DNA of 64,000 nt from Syntrophomonas sp. (GTDB taxonomy: Bacteria; Bacillota; Syntrophomonadia; Syntrophomonadales; Syntrophomonadaceae): contig NZ_JAQVZX010000001.1 in NCBI RefSeq assembly GCF_028707975.1, positions 73-64,072 of the forward strand, given 5' to 3'. Below are positions 50,692 to 60,961 of this stretch, in pieces. The position numbers and the translations under genes were made by a program. Each line of letters starts with the position of its first letter. Within the stretch, counting starts at the first letter, position 1. The notes under the pieces are model-generated. The model did no database searches. It saw only the letters and a program-made list of their open reading frames with translations, and had not been told where the DNA came from.

Positions 50692-51660
50692 CTAAGCTAA
50701 GCGGAAGGTAAAGAAATGCTGACCATAGAAGCTGTCGTATTTGCTAAAATACTCTTCATCTCCGTCTCCTTCTTCAATTTTATTCTTAAATACAAAGACC
50801 CTGGCATCCAGGTTATCCATAGCATAAAGAATATATGCTTCTGTAAACAGAGGAAGCACTGGGGAGCCATATTCCAGGCTACCATGGTGGCTGACCAGCA
50901 TGTGCTTGATCATCCACTCCAGCTCCAGAGGGAATTCTATTCCTTCGTTTTTCATCTCATTTATCCTGGCAGCTACCATTTCATTGCCCAGTACAATATG
51001 CCCCAGGAGCCTGCCTTCCGGGGTATAGCGTGGCGCCACATCCATCTCATATTCCACGAGCTTGCCGATATCATGCAGCAATGCTCCAGTCAGCAAGAGG
51101 TCTCGGTTTATACCCGGGTAAGAGTCCGCCGCTTTGTTACATAGACCTGCCACTGACAAAGAATGCTCCAGCAGACCGCCATAATAATTATGATGAATCT
51201 TTTTCGCCGCCGGGGCCTGAAAAAATCGCGCGCGAATCTCCGGATTAAATACCCGCTGCAATAATTCCTTCATATTCGGATCAGCGATAGAATTCAGAAT
51301 CTGGTCAAACTCCTTCACCAATTGCTCCATATCAGTTAGCGGCATTCTTAAATACTGTCGCTGGTCTTCATCCAGTATCTTTATCCTCTTCGCTATCACC
51401 TGCAAGCGTTGATTATAAATACCTATATCACCCAATAGGCCAATTACCAAACCTGTTTCCAATTCTCCGTGGATAGAGCAACTATCCCATACGACAGAAT
51501 AAATTTCGCCGGAGGAATCAGCTATCCTCAGGTCAATAATCTCGCGCCCATCTTTGGTCTTTCTCTGGTTTTTGCCTATAATCAAGTATTTCCCCCAGAA
51601 CTGGGTACCTGGAGGCAGAGCCTTGAGTTCCTTAACCGTAAATGGTCCTTTCTTTTCCAA
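50692..51660 (-). CDS. yhaM: 3'-5' exoribonuclease YhaM family (OB-fold plus HD)
   Basis: PAAKKIHH, GGLLEH, LLHDIGK and SHHG motifs. Confidence 0.87.
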   Translation of the reverse strand: MEKKGPFTVKELKALPPGTQFWGKYLIIGKNQRKTKDGREIIDLRIADSSGEIYSVVWDSCSIHGELETGLVIGLLGDIGIYNQRLQVIAKRIKILDEDQRQYLRMPLTDMEQLVKEFDQILNSIADPNMKELLQRVFNPEIRARFFQAPAAKKIHHNYYGGLLEHSLSVAGLCNKAADSYPGINRDLLLTGALLHDIGKLVEYEMDVAPRYTPEGRLLGHIVLGNEMVAARINEMKNEGIEFPLELEWMIKHMLVSHHGSLEYGSPVLPLFTEAYILYAMDNLDARVFVFKNKIEEGDGDEEYFSKYDSFYGQHFFTFRLA

Positions 51661-51834
51661 TCCTTTTCTCCTCCCACAAAAGAGTCAGGGAACGGTTCTC
51701 TGACTCACTTTTTCCTACTCCGCCACCACATTTATATTTATAAAGCGATACAGGTTCCGGGCCTGCCCCCCATATTACTCCAGACCCCTTACGACTTGCC
51801 CCCACATCTTACCTTGCTCCTGCTTCCTTGCAAC

Positions 51835-53088
51835 TTAACGAACAGGATGAGAATATGAGCCTATTTTTACTCCGGGAAGTTCTGTTTTTAGGAGTTTTAT
51901 AAAATTGCTTATTCCTAAAACCCGACTCTTGCCCGGAAATGTTCGCATTAGAAATTCAGGATCAATATTCAAGTTACGTAATTGAATCATATCCACCTGG
52001 TTCTGGCTGACAAATTTCATCAAGGCTTCGATTTCTTCTTTACGATCACTAAAGCCGGGGAAGGCTAAGAGGTTTAAAGATATTTTTACCCCGCGATCCC
52101 GGGCATAAGCAATGGAGTATTCCACATCAGCCAGACTGTAGTCCTGCGGACGATGATAAAGATCATAATTCTCCTCTATTGCAGAAAAAATAGTAATCCG
52201 CATGGAGTCCATTCCGGCATCAGTCATCAACTTGACCCCTTCACAATAACCGGCATTGGTATTCATGTTGATAGTTCCCTGCGAGCAAAGATCCCGTATC
52301 TGGTGGATGGCCTGAGACAACCTTTGGCCATTCAATGCGGGCTCACCTTCGCATCCCTGGCCAAAACTAATGATTGCTTCCCGCGCCTTTAGCAAGTGCT
52401 CACTGGCCACTTCAGAGATCTCTTGTACCGTAGGTATAAAGTCCAGGCGATTTTGCGGCGATGTTGTGCCACAATGGTCTTCGGAAATACAAGCGATGCA
52501 AGCAGCATTACAGGCCTTCATAGTTGGAATGCCGCCTTCCCAACGCTGGTAGAAAATATTCTGAGCGGTAAAACAGCTATACTCCAGGGAACAGCGGGCT
52601 AATTGATGTAATATCCGGTTCTGGGGATATTTCTTCAACATTTTGTTTATCTTTAAGGGTAATCTTTCGGTGTTGAAATATCGAGGGTGCCATTTGCGGT
52701 GTTCATCACTTTGTACGGCTGCTACATAGATTTTTCCTTCTTTCAGAGCTACCGCAGCATAACCCAGAAGTGGCAGCAGGACTTCCCCGGAACTGCCCAC
52801 ACAAGCCGGCAGGAGGGTGCGGGTAAAACCCTGGGGTAGAAGAGCCGCAACAGCATATGCCCGCTGCCCGATTTTCAGCGGGTCAAACTCAAAATAAGCC
52901 AGTCGCTCGTTCATATCCAAACCTACCGGGATATTCCCCGGGATTCTTACCAATGACGCTCCGCGGGGTAAAGGCATCATTTCACTAGCCTCCGGCACCA
53001 ACCATTCACTTCCACTGCGCCCCAGCATAAGTATGTTAGGATGCTCCAGGACCTCTCCCTTTTCATTGGCATAAAGGCTAAGATACAT
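51835..53088 (-). CDS. radical SAM protein
   Basis: CNAACIAC (CxxxCxxC) and SFGQGCEGEP motifs. Confidence 0.9.
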   Translation of the reverse strand: MYLSLYANEKGEVLEHPNILMLGRSGSEWLVPEASEMMPLPRGASLVRIPGNIPVGLDMNERLAYFEFDPLKIGQRAYAVAALLPQGFTRTLLPACVGSSGEVLLPLLGYAAVALKEGKIYVAAVQSDEHRKWHPRYFNTERLPLKINKMLKKYPQNRILHQLARCSLEYSCFTAQNIFYQRWEGGIPTMKACNAACIACISEDHCGTTSPQNRLDFIPTVQEISEVASEHLLKAREAIISFGQGCEGEPALNGQRLSQAIHQIRDLCSQGTINMNTNAGYCEGVKLMTDAGMDSMRITIFSAIEENYDLYHRPQDYSLADVEYSIAYARDRGVKISLNLLAFPGFSDRKEEIEALMKFVSQNQVDMIQLRNLNIDPEFLMRTFPGKSRVLGISNFIKLLKTELPGVKIGSYSHPVR

Positions 53089-53171
53089 GTTAACCCCCCA
53101 TAAAGTTGAGAAATATGCCTGATGACAAAATCGAGTTGTTTATATTACCAGCGTACATCAAATTGATAAAT

Positions 53172-53198
53172 AAAAAAAGCCCCCATGAAGGGAGCTTT
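53172..53198 (-). terminator. rho-independent terminator
   Basis: aaaaaaagccccc-atgaa-gggagcttt. Confidence 0.65.
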
Positions 53199-53205
53199 GC
53201 TTTAT

Positions 53206-54069
53206 TTATCTAAGCAATTGCACGGGATTGATGGTTTTATCCCCTGCTCTGATTTCAAAGTGCAGGTGCGGCCCAGTAGTCCGTCCGCTGGTACCTACCG
53301 TACCTATTATCTTGCCCCGTTTGACCTCTCGCCCCTTTTCTACATAAATCTTTTCCAGATGAGCATAAACCGTCTTTTTTCCGTTATCATGTTCCAGGAT
53401 AATGGTTCGCCCATATATGGGTTGGTAGTCAGCACAGTTAACGGTACCATTGGCAGCCGCCCGGATAGGATCACCTACCTTTCCTGCTATGTCCAGGCCA
53501 TGATGAAATCCGGATTTACGCCATCCATAAGCTGAGGTTATGGTACCCATAATAGGCCAGGCATAAAAACCGCTCCCCAGGGAAAGCCCCCGTGAAGAAC
53601 TCTGGGTCAAAGCAAGCGATCGAGCTGCTGACGGAAGAATAAGCCGCTCACCGACCTGTAGTTTATTAGCTGGTTTGTCTCTATTGAGCTGCTGCAATTC
53701 TTCCAGCCCAATCCCGTAGTTGTTGGCAATCTGCCAAAGAGTTTCACCGCTCTTAACAATATGCACCCGGGCATTAGTACCAGGTATCTGCAAGGTCTTT
53801 CCCACTGTTAAAATACTCTTCTCATCCAGACGGTTAATCATCATGAGGTTTTCCATCTTTATCCCATAATGGCGGGCGATAGACCACAAAGTATCGCCTT
53901 TATGAATGCGGTAGCTAATTTCCTGACTAACCCCGCTGGGAGTCTGGTTTTTTAAACAGGGGGTAAATCTCCCCTCACTCAGGCTGGCCCAAGACATATT
54001 TACGGCTGACGTGAGCATACAGGCACTCAAGAGTAGTGAAACCCAAATCCTTTTCACTGGTATTTTCAC
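53206..54069 (-). CDS. LysM-LysM-M23 peptidase
   Basis: GDTLWSIA and GETLWQIA LysM repeats; HHGLD, YAHL and GPHLHFE motifs. Confidence 0.92.
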   Translation of the reverse strand: MKIPVKRIWVSLLLSACMLTSAVNMSWASLSEGRFTPCLKNQTPSGVSQEISYRIHKGDTLWSIARHYGIKMENLMMINRLDEKSILTVGKTLQIPGTNARVHIVKSGETLWQIANNYGIGLEELQQLNRDKPANKLQVGERLILPSAARSLALTQSSSRGLSLGSGFYAWPIMGTITSAYGWRKSGFHHGLDIAGKVGDPIRAAANGTVNCADYQPIYGRTIILEHDNGKKTVYAHLEKIYVEKGREVKRGKIIGTVGTSGRTTGPHLHFEIRAGDKTINPVQLLR

Positions 54070-54085
54070 CTCATTTCCAATAAGA

Positions 54086-54115
54086 AAGAATAAGGGCCTA
54101 TTGACCCTTATTCTT
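54086..54115 (-). terminator. hairpin terminator after rho
   Basis: aagaataaggg...cccttattctt. Confidence 0.65.
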
Positions 54116-54148
54116 AACCTTATTAAAGAGGATTATTCATTTTTTAGA

Positions 54149-55426
54149 TTAATAGGCGCTTCTTGCATGTTCTTTGCGGCCAAATACCAACGGGGCAGCG
54201 CGCAGTAGATCCTTGTTGGACCGGGTTTTTTTCATAGTATCAAGCATCAGCTGCATACTCTCTATCTGATTATAATCACTGAAGGCATTGCGAAGATTCC
54301 AGGTAAGTTCCATCTCCTCCTTACTCAGCAGCAATTCTTCTTTCCTGGTTCCAGAACGTTTAAGATCAATCGCGGGAAATATTCTGCGCTCGGACAATTT
54401 GCGATCCAAGACCAGTTCCATATTACCCCGGCCTTTGAATTCTTCAAAAATTACTTCATCCATACGGGACCCGGTTTCAATCAAGGCGGTAGCGATAATA
54501 GTCAGGCTCCCGCCTTCCTCAATATTGCGGGCGGCTCCAAAGAAGCGTTTGGGTTTGTCCAAAGATGCCGGATCAATACCCCCGGATAGAGTTCTGCCAC
54601 TCGGCGGTACCACCAGGTTATGAGCCCGCGCCATACGGGTAACGCTATCCATCAGTATTACCACATCTTTCTTATGCTCTACCAAGCGTTTGGCCCTCTC
54701 CAAAACCATATCGCTGACCTTAACATGGTTTTCCGGAGGCTCATCAAAGGTAGAGGCTACCACTTCGGCCTTGGTGGACCGCTGCATATCAGTTACTTCC
54801 TCCGGTCTTTCGTCAACCAGCAGGATAATAAGCTCAATATCCGGATAATTTGCACTTATCCCCTGAGCAATTCTTTGTAATAGAATGGTTTTCCCGGCCT
54901 TGGGAGGTGCCACGATCAGGCCTCTTTGGCCTTTGCCAATGGGTGCAACCAGGTCAATAATACGGGTGGGCAACTCGTGGGGTTCGGTCTCCAGGGTCAG
55001 TTTTTCCGTAGGATACAGAGGGGTGAGGGCATCGAAATGTATCCTCTTTACTGACTCTTCCGGAGAAAAGCCATTAACATCTTCCACTTTTAAAAGAGCA
55101 AAAAATCTTTCATTATCCTTGGGCGATCTTACCTGTCCCCCGACCCGATCCCCGGTTTTTAATTCAAACTTTCTGATTTGGGACGGCGATACATAAATGT
55201 CCTCCTGGCTGGGCAGGTAAGCGAAAGGTCTTAAAAATCCGTAACCATCAGGCATAATTTCCAGTACTCCCTGGGCTTGGAGCAATTGGTCGGCATGGGT
55301 CAGGGCTTTGGTAATATCGAAAACCAGTTCCTTTTTGCGGAGCTTGGAATAACCGGCCAGGTTTAAGTCTCTGGCGATCTGGTATAGCTCCAGCATGGTT
55401 TTGTTATCCAGCTCTGAGATATTCAA
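54149..55426 (-). CDS. rho: transcription termination factor Rho
   Basis: [23 protein letters not shown] and SGTRKEELL motifs. Confidence 0.97.
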   Translation of the reverse strand: MNISELDNKTMLELYQIARDLNLAGYSKLRKKELVFDITKALTHADQLLQAQGVLEIMPDGYGFLRPFAYLPSQEDIYVSPSQIRKFELKTGDRVGGQVRSPKDNERFFALLKVEDVNGFSPEESVKRIHFDALTPLYPTEKLTLETEPHELPTRIIDLVAPIGKGQRGLIVAPPKAGKTILLQRIAQGISANYPDIELIILLVDERPEEVTDMQRSTKAEVVASTFDEPPENHVKVSDMVLERAKRLVEHKKDVVILMDSVTRMARAHNLVVPPSGRTLSGGIDPASLDKPKRFFGAARNIEEGGSLTIIATALIETGSRMDEVIFEEFKGRGNMELVLDRKLSERRIFPAIDLKRSGTRKEELLLSKEEMELTWNLRNAFSDYNQIESMQLMLDTMKKTRSNKDLLRAAPLVFGRKEHARSAY

Positions 55427-55790
55427 TTTTTCCCTCCTTATCTAATAATCCTTTTCATCATGATAATTTGCTGGGCAAGCAGGCAAACGAAGTGAAAATA
55501 CTCCTATAAGCTGCGATGGAAATGGGAAGCTTTTTAAAGTCTAATAGGCACTATTACTGTACTCCTTGAATGCTCTTTTTTTTGAAGGATAGCATGTGGG
55601 AAAAGAACTGCCAGTGATAGACTCCTTGGTGGAATCCTATTTTTATTATACCAGTATTAATATTATTTAATCATAATTTCCCTACGAAAACCAGTATTTA
55701 TACTCTGGTCCGAACCATTTTGACCGGAAAGCCTTAAAGATTCGGGGGTTTTCTCCTGTGGAGATATCTATATACAACGACAGCTTAGTC

Positions 55791-56777
55791 CTAATCCATC
55801 TTTAACTGAATACGCTGATCTTTAAACAAAGGCTTCTTATCCAGGTGATGATTGGCTTCTATATGCCTGATGGTTCCGGATAGGCTTCTCATTACCATAG
55901 TCTGAGTAACCGCCCGGCGTTTAAAATAGCGTACCCCTTTCAACAAAAATGAATCAGTAATGCCAGTGGCGGCAAATATTACATCCTCTGACTGAACCAT
56001 TTCATCGATGGAAAATATCTTATTAATGTCGTTGATACCCATACTATGGCAGCGCGCAATCTCACTCTCATCCTCTGGGTAGAGACGGGCTTGAAAATCG
56101 CCCCCCAGGCATTTCAAGGCTGCAGCGGTAATTACCCCTTCGGGAGCTCCGCCAATACCCAATAATATATCGACCCCGGATTCGGGATACGCCGCCGCCA
56201 CGGCTGGAGATACATCCCCGTCAGTAATCAACTTGATACGCGCCCCCACCCGCCTTACCTCTTCAATTATTTGCTGGTGCCGCTCACGCTCTAAAACCAC
56301 TACGGTAACTTCACTAATCAATTTGTCCATACTCCGAGCCACTTCCCAGAGGTTTTCTTTCACGGACGCATCCAAGTGTACTCGGCCTTTACATTCGGGA
56401 CCCACAGCAATTTTGTCCATGTACATGTCCGGCGCATGAAGAAGGCTTCCCCTGGGCCCAATGGCCAGTACGGCAATAGCTCCCGTTAAACCCTTGGCTA
56501 CGATGTTGGTACCTTCAAGAGGATCTACCGCAATATCTACTTGGGGAGGAACACCAATACCTACTTTTTCCCCAATATAGAGCATAGGGGCCTCATCCAT
56601 TTCTCCTTCCCCGATTACTACTACGCCATCTACCGACACCGTATCAAACATAACTCTCATAGCGGTTACAGCTGCGTCATCTGCTGCCTCTTTATCTCCT
56701 TTACCGACCCATCGTGCAGCAGCCAGAGCTGCTGCCTCTGTCACCCGGGCAAACTCCAGAGCCAATTCCCTCTCCAA
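55791..56777 (-). CDS. glpX: class II fructose-1,6-bisphosphatase
   Basis: VIGEGEMDEAPML, VDPLEGT and GGAPEGV motifs; TTG 56777. Confidence 0.95.
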   Translation of the reverse strand: MERELALEFARVTEAAALAAARWVGKGDKEAADDAAVTAMRVMFDTVSVDGVVVIGEGEMDEAPMLYIGEKVGIGVPPQVDIAVDPLEGTNIVAKGLTGAIAVLAIGPRGSLLHAPDMYMDKIAVGPECKGRVHLDASVKENLWEVARSMDKLISEVTVVVLERERHQQIIEEVRRVGARIKLITDGDVSPAVAAAYPESGVDILLGIGGAPEGVITAAALKCLGGDFQARLYPEDESEIARCHSMGINDINKIFSIDEMVQSEDVIFAATGITDSFLLKGVRYFKRRAVTQTMVMRSLSGTIRHIEANHHLDKKPLFKDQRIQLKMD

Positions 56778-56992
56778 GATAAACCCCCCTGTTTTATTTC
56801 CCCTTTGGCACTCCAACATTTCCCGTGAATAGTCCTGTTCAAACTTCCAATCATCCTTCGTAAGCCGGCACTTAGCGCTAATGAGCCAACTATGAAGCAG
56901 ATAAAAGATTCCGGCTAGTGCCAGGTCGTGCCTCTGTGTCCTATAAGTTATTACGCCTCACTTTATTAAATGCCGGCCGAAGCTCCGATAAT

Positions 56993-57634
56993 TTAGAAAG
57001 CCTGCTTCCAATCGCTCATAAACTTTTCGATCCCCGCATCAGTAAGCGGATGCTTTACCATCTGCTTAATTACCTGGTAGGGTATGGTGGCAATATCCGA
57101 ACCGATTTTGGCGGATGCTACCACATGCATGGGATGACGGATGCTGGCTGCAATAACCTCGGTTTCCACCATATACTGGTCAAATATCGCGACAATATCA
57201 TCCAATAATGTCAGCCCATCATTTCCGGTATCATCTACCCGGCCAATAAAGGGACTGACATAGGCCGCTCCGGCTCTGGCCGCCAATAGAGCCTGGTTGG
57301 CGGAAAATACCAGGGTGGCATTGGTAGCAATACCTTTTTGCTTGAGAGCATGGATTGCTTTCAGTCCCTCTTCGCAAAGGGGTATTTTAATCACCACATT
57401 GGGATGAATAGATGCTAATTCTTCTCCCTCTTGTACCATATCCTGATAATCAAGCGCTATTACTTCCGCACTTATCGGTCCATCCACCAGCATGGATATC
57501 TCCCGGATCAATCCTTTGTAGTCTTTTTTTTCTTTAGCTACCAGACTGGGATTGGTGGTTACTCCCGCCAGAAAACCCATGCCGTTTATCTCTTTTATCT
57601 CTTCAATGTTAGCAGAATCAATAAAAATCCGCAA
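56993..57634 (-). CDS. tal: transaldolase / fructose-6-phosphate aldolase family
   Basis: [20 protein letters not shown] and AASIRHP motifs; TTG 57634 after AGGAGG. Confidence 0.92.
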   Translation of the reverse strand: MRIFIDSANIEEIKEINGMGFLAGVTTNPSLVAKEKKDYKGLIREISMLVDGPISAEVIALDYQDMVQEGEELASIHPNVVIKIPLCEEGLKAIHALKQKGIATNATLVFSANQALLAARAGAAYVSPFIGRVDDTGNDGLTLLDDIVAIFDQYMVETEVIAASIRHPMHVVASAKIGSDIATIPYQVIKQMVKHPLTDAGIEKFMSDWKQAF

Positions 57635-57666
57635 AAACATCCTCCTTTCTGATTTACTTGGGCCAA

Positions 57667-57701
57667 TATGTCACCGCATTGCTTGTATATTTATGCAACC
57701 C
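57667..57701 (-). repeat. family B remnant (heavily deleted)
   Basis: tatgtcaccgca end fused to gcttgtatatttatgcaaccc. Confidence 0.55.
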
Positions 57702-57704
57702 CGC

Positions 57705-58559
57705 CTATGCCTGGCCTGAGCTACCGAATACCCTGATCTTTTCCCTTATTATCTCCACTGCGGCATCGCGGGCCGGTCCCAGAATTTTCCGGGGATCAAT
57801 TTCTGCCGGGTTCTCCGCCATAACTTTTCGCATGGTCCAGACCAAAGCTTCTCTGATATTGGTATCAATATTCACCTTGCATACGCCAAGTTTTATAGCC
57901 TTTCTAAGTGATTCGTCCGGCACCCCGGAAGAGCCGTGGAGGACTATGGGTATTTTTACCAGGGACTTGATTTGGGCCAAGCGCTCAAAATCGAGCCGGG
58001 GCTCTCCTTTATACTGCCCATGAGCTGTACCTATAGCGATAGCCAGACTTTCCACCCCGGTCTGTTCCACAAAATATCTGGCTTCTTCGGGATCGGTATA
58101 CATGGCTTCCTTCTCACTCACATGAATGTCGTCCTCAGTTCCCCCTATCTTTCCCAGCTCCGCCTCCACTGATACTTCTATAGGTCTAGCTATATCCAAA
58201 ACTTTTTTAGTCATAGCTATATTTTCTTCCAGGGGAAGTTTGGAACCATCATACATCACCGAGGAAAAACCGCTGCGAATACACTTTACCACCTGCTCAA
58301 AATCAGTACCGTGGTCTAGATGTAAGGCCACCGGCACCGAACTGGATTCTGCAGCAATCTTTACCATCCCGCTTATGAACTCCAGCCCGGCATAGTTAAT
58401 AGCCCCCTGGCTGGCCTGCATAATAACCGGAGATCTCTCCAGTTCTGCCGCTCTAATAATGGCCTGTACGATTTCCATGTTATTGGCATTAAAAGCCCCT
58501 ACCGCATAGCCTCCTTTGTCTGCTTGGAATAATAATTTGCTTACTGACACTAATGCCAC
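57705..58559 (-). CDS. fba: class II fructose-bisphosphate aldolase
   Basis: LHLDHG, SVEAELG, GTAHG and VLHGSSG motifs; GTG 58559. Confidence 0.95.
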   Translation of the reverse strand: MALVSVSKLLFQADKGGYAVGAFNANNMEIVQAIIRAAELERSPVIMQASQGAINYAGLEFISGMVKIAAESSSVPVALHLDHGTDFEQVVKCIRSGFSSVMYDGSKLPLEENIAMTKKVLDIARPIEVSVEAELGKIGGTEDDIHVSEKEAMYTDPEEARYFVEQTGVESLAIAIGTAHGQYKGEPRLDFERLAQIKSLVKIPIVLHGSSGVPDESLRKAIKLGVCKVNIDTNIREALVWTMRKVMAENPAEIDPRKILGPARDAAVEIIREKIRVFGSSGQA

Positions 58560-58587
58560 CGATATCACCTCTTTCAAATCTTCCTGT

Positions 58588-58959
58588 TTATGATACCTCT
58601 TCCGCAACTATTCGGTTAACTTCATCTCTCAAGTAAAGGATATCAAAAGGCTTGGTTATACACTTTCTAACCCCTGACTCCAGAGCCCTTTTTACTACTT
58701 CCATCTCCCCATAGGCAGTCATCATTATTATAGCCAGTTCCTGGTGCTTCTCCAGTATTTTTTGGGAAGCTTCCAGTCCATTCATATTGGGCATTTTCAT
58801 GTCTATCAGGAGGATAGATGGTTGAAACTGAACCGCTTTTTCAATAGCTTCCTTTCCGTCCGCAGCAGCATAAACCTCCCAGCCCTCTCTTTTAAAGAGC
58901 TCTTCCAACAGGCGCCTTACTCCTTTTTGATCATCCACTATCATTATTCTTCGCTTCAT
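58588..58959 (-). CDS. spo0F: single-domain response regulator, Spo0F-like
   Basis: IVDDQKGVR, DMKMP, MTAYGE and KPFDI motifs; pyrG...spo0F-fba synteny. Confidence 0.8.
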   Translation of the reverse strand: MKRRIMIVDDQKGVRRLLEELFKREGWEVYAAADGKEAIEKAVQFQPSILLIDMKMPNMNGLEASQKILEKHQELAIIMMTAYGEMEVVKRALESGVRKCITKPFDILYLRDEVNRIVAEEVS

Positions 58960-59024
58960 CATCTCACCCCACATATACCATCTATTTCTTCACTTGTATA
59001 AAATATCCTCCCTATTTGGGGTAA

Positions 59025-59163
59025 TTTTTTGAGCATCAACAAGAAACTGCGGAGCAGTTCAACACAGCGCTGCAACGAGGAGGCGGATTAGAACCTGCCG
59101 CCGCCTGTGTTTTGTTAATAGGAACCCGTCCACATAGCGAGTAAATATTTCACCTCGTTATAA
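59025..59163 (-). repeat. repeat family A, copy 4 (overlaps Yip1 gene stop)
   Basis: Aligns with 429-563. Confidence 0.83.
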
Positions 59164-59742
59164 CTCCGCAAAGGGGAAGCTGGAGATAAAGGATGCCGCT
59201 ATTATCGCCAATAAGAAGAAAACTAATAGCAATGGAACTATATACAAAAGGATTGCTTTACCCGTATCCAGTTCCAATGATTCCCGCAGAGCCATTACCT
59301 GTAATATCATTACCCACACTATGCTGATCAAAGGAAAAAGCACTACCCCGGCTGGCAGCTTTATTAGGCTAGCAGCATACTGCAAAGGCGGTCCCAGTAT
59401 GCCGGGAACTGAAGCAAACCCCAAACAAACCAGCAATCCACTGGCATTTGCGCGCCCGAAAAAAACTTCGCTCAAAAGAGAAAAGAAACCCCCCATAAGG
59501 AAAAGAAGCAGAACGGAAAAAATTACCCCCATAAGGCCAAATATCCAGAGCAGATTGACCGGCAATGAAAAGGGGAGTTCTTCAATATTGGCCAGGGATA
59601 TGGCCTGATTTACCAGCGCATTAAACAGCAACACCGATATAAATACCAGCATAGCCCGGGATAATGGTTTTTCCCGGCTCAGGTATTGCAGGGTCGAAAC
59701 TGGTTGAAATAGGATACCATAAATCATCTCGGTTAAAGTCAT
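59158..59742 (-). CDS. Yip1-family membrane protein
   Basis: Five TM helices, GILFQP N-terminus and GFASVP motif. Confidence 0.8.
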   Translation of the reverse strand: MTLTEMIYGILFQPVSTLQYLSREKPLSRAMLVFISVLLFNALVNQAISLANIEELPFSLPVNLLWIFGLMGVIFSVLLLFLMGGFFSLLSEVFFGRANASGLLVCLGFASVPGILGPPLQYAASLIKLPAGVVLFPLISIVWVMILQVMALRESLELDTGKAILLYIVPLLLVFFLLAIIAASFISSFPFAEL

Positions 59743-59763
59743 ACGCGCTCCCCCCTCAATATT

Positions 59764-60068
59764 GACTCCATTACCTTTACTTGTATAAATATAGCCGCTC
59801 CAGCATCCTTAATAGCGACCGAAGGGAGCATCAGTTGTGCTCGACAGGGCGCTACGCATGGGCAACACCTACGGCTTGATCCGACTCAATGGATACCGCA
59901 CTAATCTCCCATCCATGGGAGGCAACCTTAATAGTGACACCCGCAGGATGGAACATCAGGAGTACCCGCAGAGCGCTGCATCCATGCTTCGCCAACGCTC
60001 GCTTGTATATTTATACAACCCTTATGCAACAAAAAGATTTTCTAAATTATGATTTTTGCAACGACATC
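59764..60068 (-). mobile_element. MITE-like family B, divergent full copy (reverse orientation)
   Basis: gactcca... to ...tttttgcaacgacatc, flanked by aatatt and aatact. Confidence 0.82.
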
Positions 60069-60960
60069 AATACTTCAACTCCGCAAATCCTCCCTGCTGG
60101 AAGATGTTGGGATTAAGCATGCCCAGTTTAAAGCGATCCCACCAGCTAAAGGCATTAATTACTTCCAACTTGCTTTCGCCCTTGATTCCCGCCATTTTCT
60201 CCGCTTGTTGTACTGCATCATAATAATTGCCCAGGCTATCCACCAGCCCCAGTTCCAAAGCCTGCTTGCCGGTGAATATCCTCCCGTCAGCAATTTCCAA
60301 CAATTTATCCGCTGCAATTTTTTCCTGGCGGCCTTTTTGCACCTGCTCCAAAAACTGTTGGTAAGAATCGTCCACCAAGGCCTGAAGGATTTTTTCCTCT
60401 TCCGCGCTCAGCTCTCTCGCGGAAGAGCCCATATCTTTATGTTCACCACTCTTGATAGTCTGGTTTCGAATACCCAGTTTTCCATAAAGCCCTTCCAGGT
60501 TGCTGAGCTGCATAATAACACCGATACTTCCGGTCATGCTGGCACCGTTGGCTACTATATGATCGGTGCTGCAGGCTATCCAGTAGCCCCCGGAAGCACA
60601 AACATCTCCCATGGAAGTAACTATCGGCTTGCCCTTCTCCCGCAAGCGATCCAGTTCCATGGCTATTTCCTGTGAAGCCCCGGCACTGCCACCGGGACTA
60701 TCGATCCTCACAACTACGGCTTTAATATCCTCGCGCTTGCCCGCCTTTCTAATGGCCTCCATAATATCGCCGGCGGTAGAACTGCTGTCTTCCAGCCAGC
60801 TGGAAACCCCGCCGATGGGACCATTAATCTGAACAACAGCAATGGTAGCTGTCCCCTCCCGCGTTGAACCATGATCCAAGCGGTTTACAGCTCGAATGGA
60901 CAGGCCGGCCATTAGCAAAAGGAATGCCAGCAAAAGAAAAACCACCAGTTTTTTATGCAT
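60067..60960 (-). CDS. sppA: signal peptide peptidase SppA (S49)
   Basis: IDSPGGS, ASGGYWIA, TGSIGV and DGRIFTG motifs; ATG 60960. Confidence 0.93.
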   Translation of the reverse strand: MHKKLVVFLLLAFLLLMAGLSIRAVNRLDHGSTREGTATIAVVQINGPIGGVSSWLEDSSSTAGDIMEAIRKAGKREDIKAVVVRIDSPGGSAGASQEIAMELDRLREKGKPIVTSMGDVCASGGYWIACSTDHIVANGASMTGSIGVIMQLSNLEGLYGKLGIRNQTIKSGEHKDMGSSARELSAEEEKILQALVDDSYQQFLEQVQKGRQEKIAADKLLEIADGRIFTGKQALELGLVDSLGNYYDAVQQAEKMAGIKGESKLEVINAFSWWDRFKLGMLNPNIFQQGGFAELKY

Positions 60961-60961
60961 T

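Noticed and set aside
55430-55650. Possible riboswitch in the ~210 nt rho leader
   Set aside because: An extended -10 (TGGTATAAT) is visible but no known aptamer motif; long rho leaders are expected from autoregulation.
56820-56990. Potential structured RNA between tal and glpX
   Set aside because: Only short ggcac/gtgcc and gccgg pairings in a single copy; not enough support.
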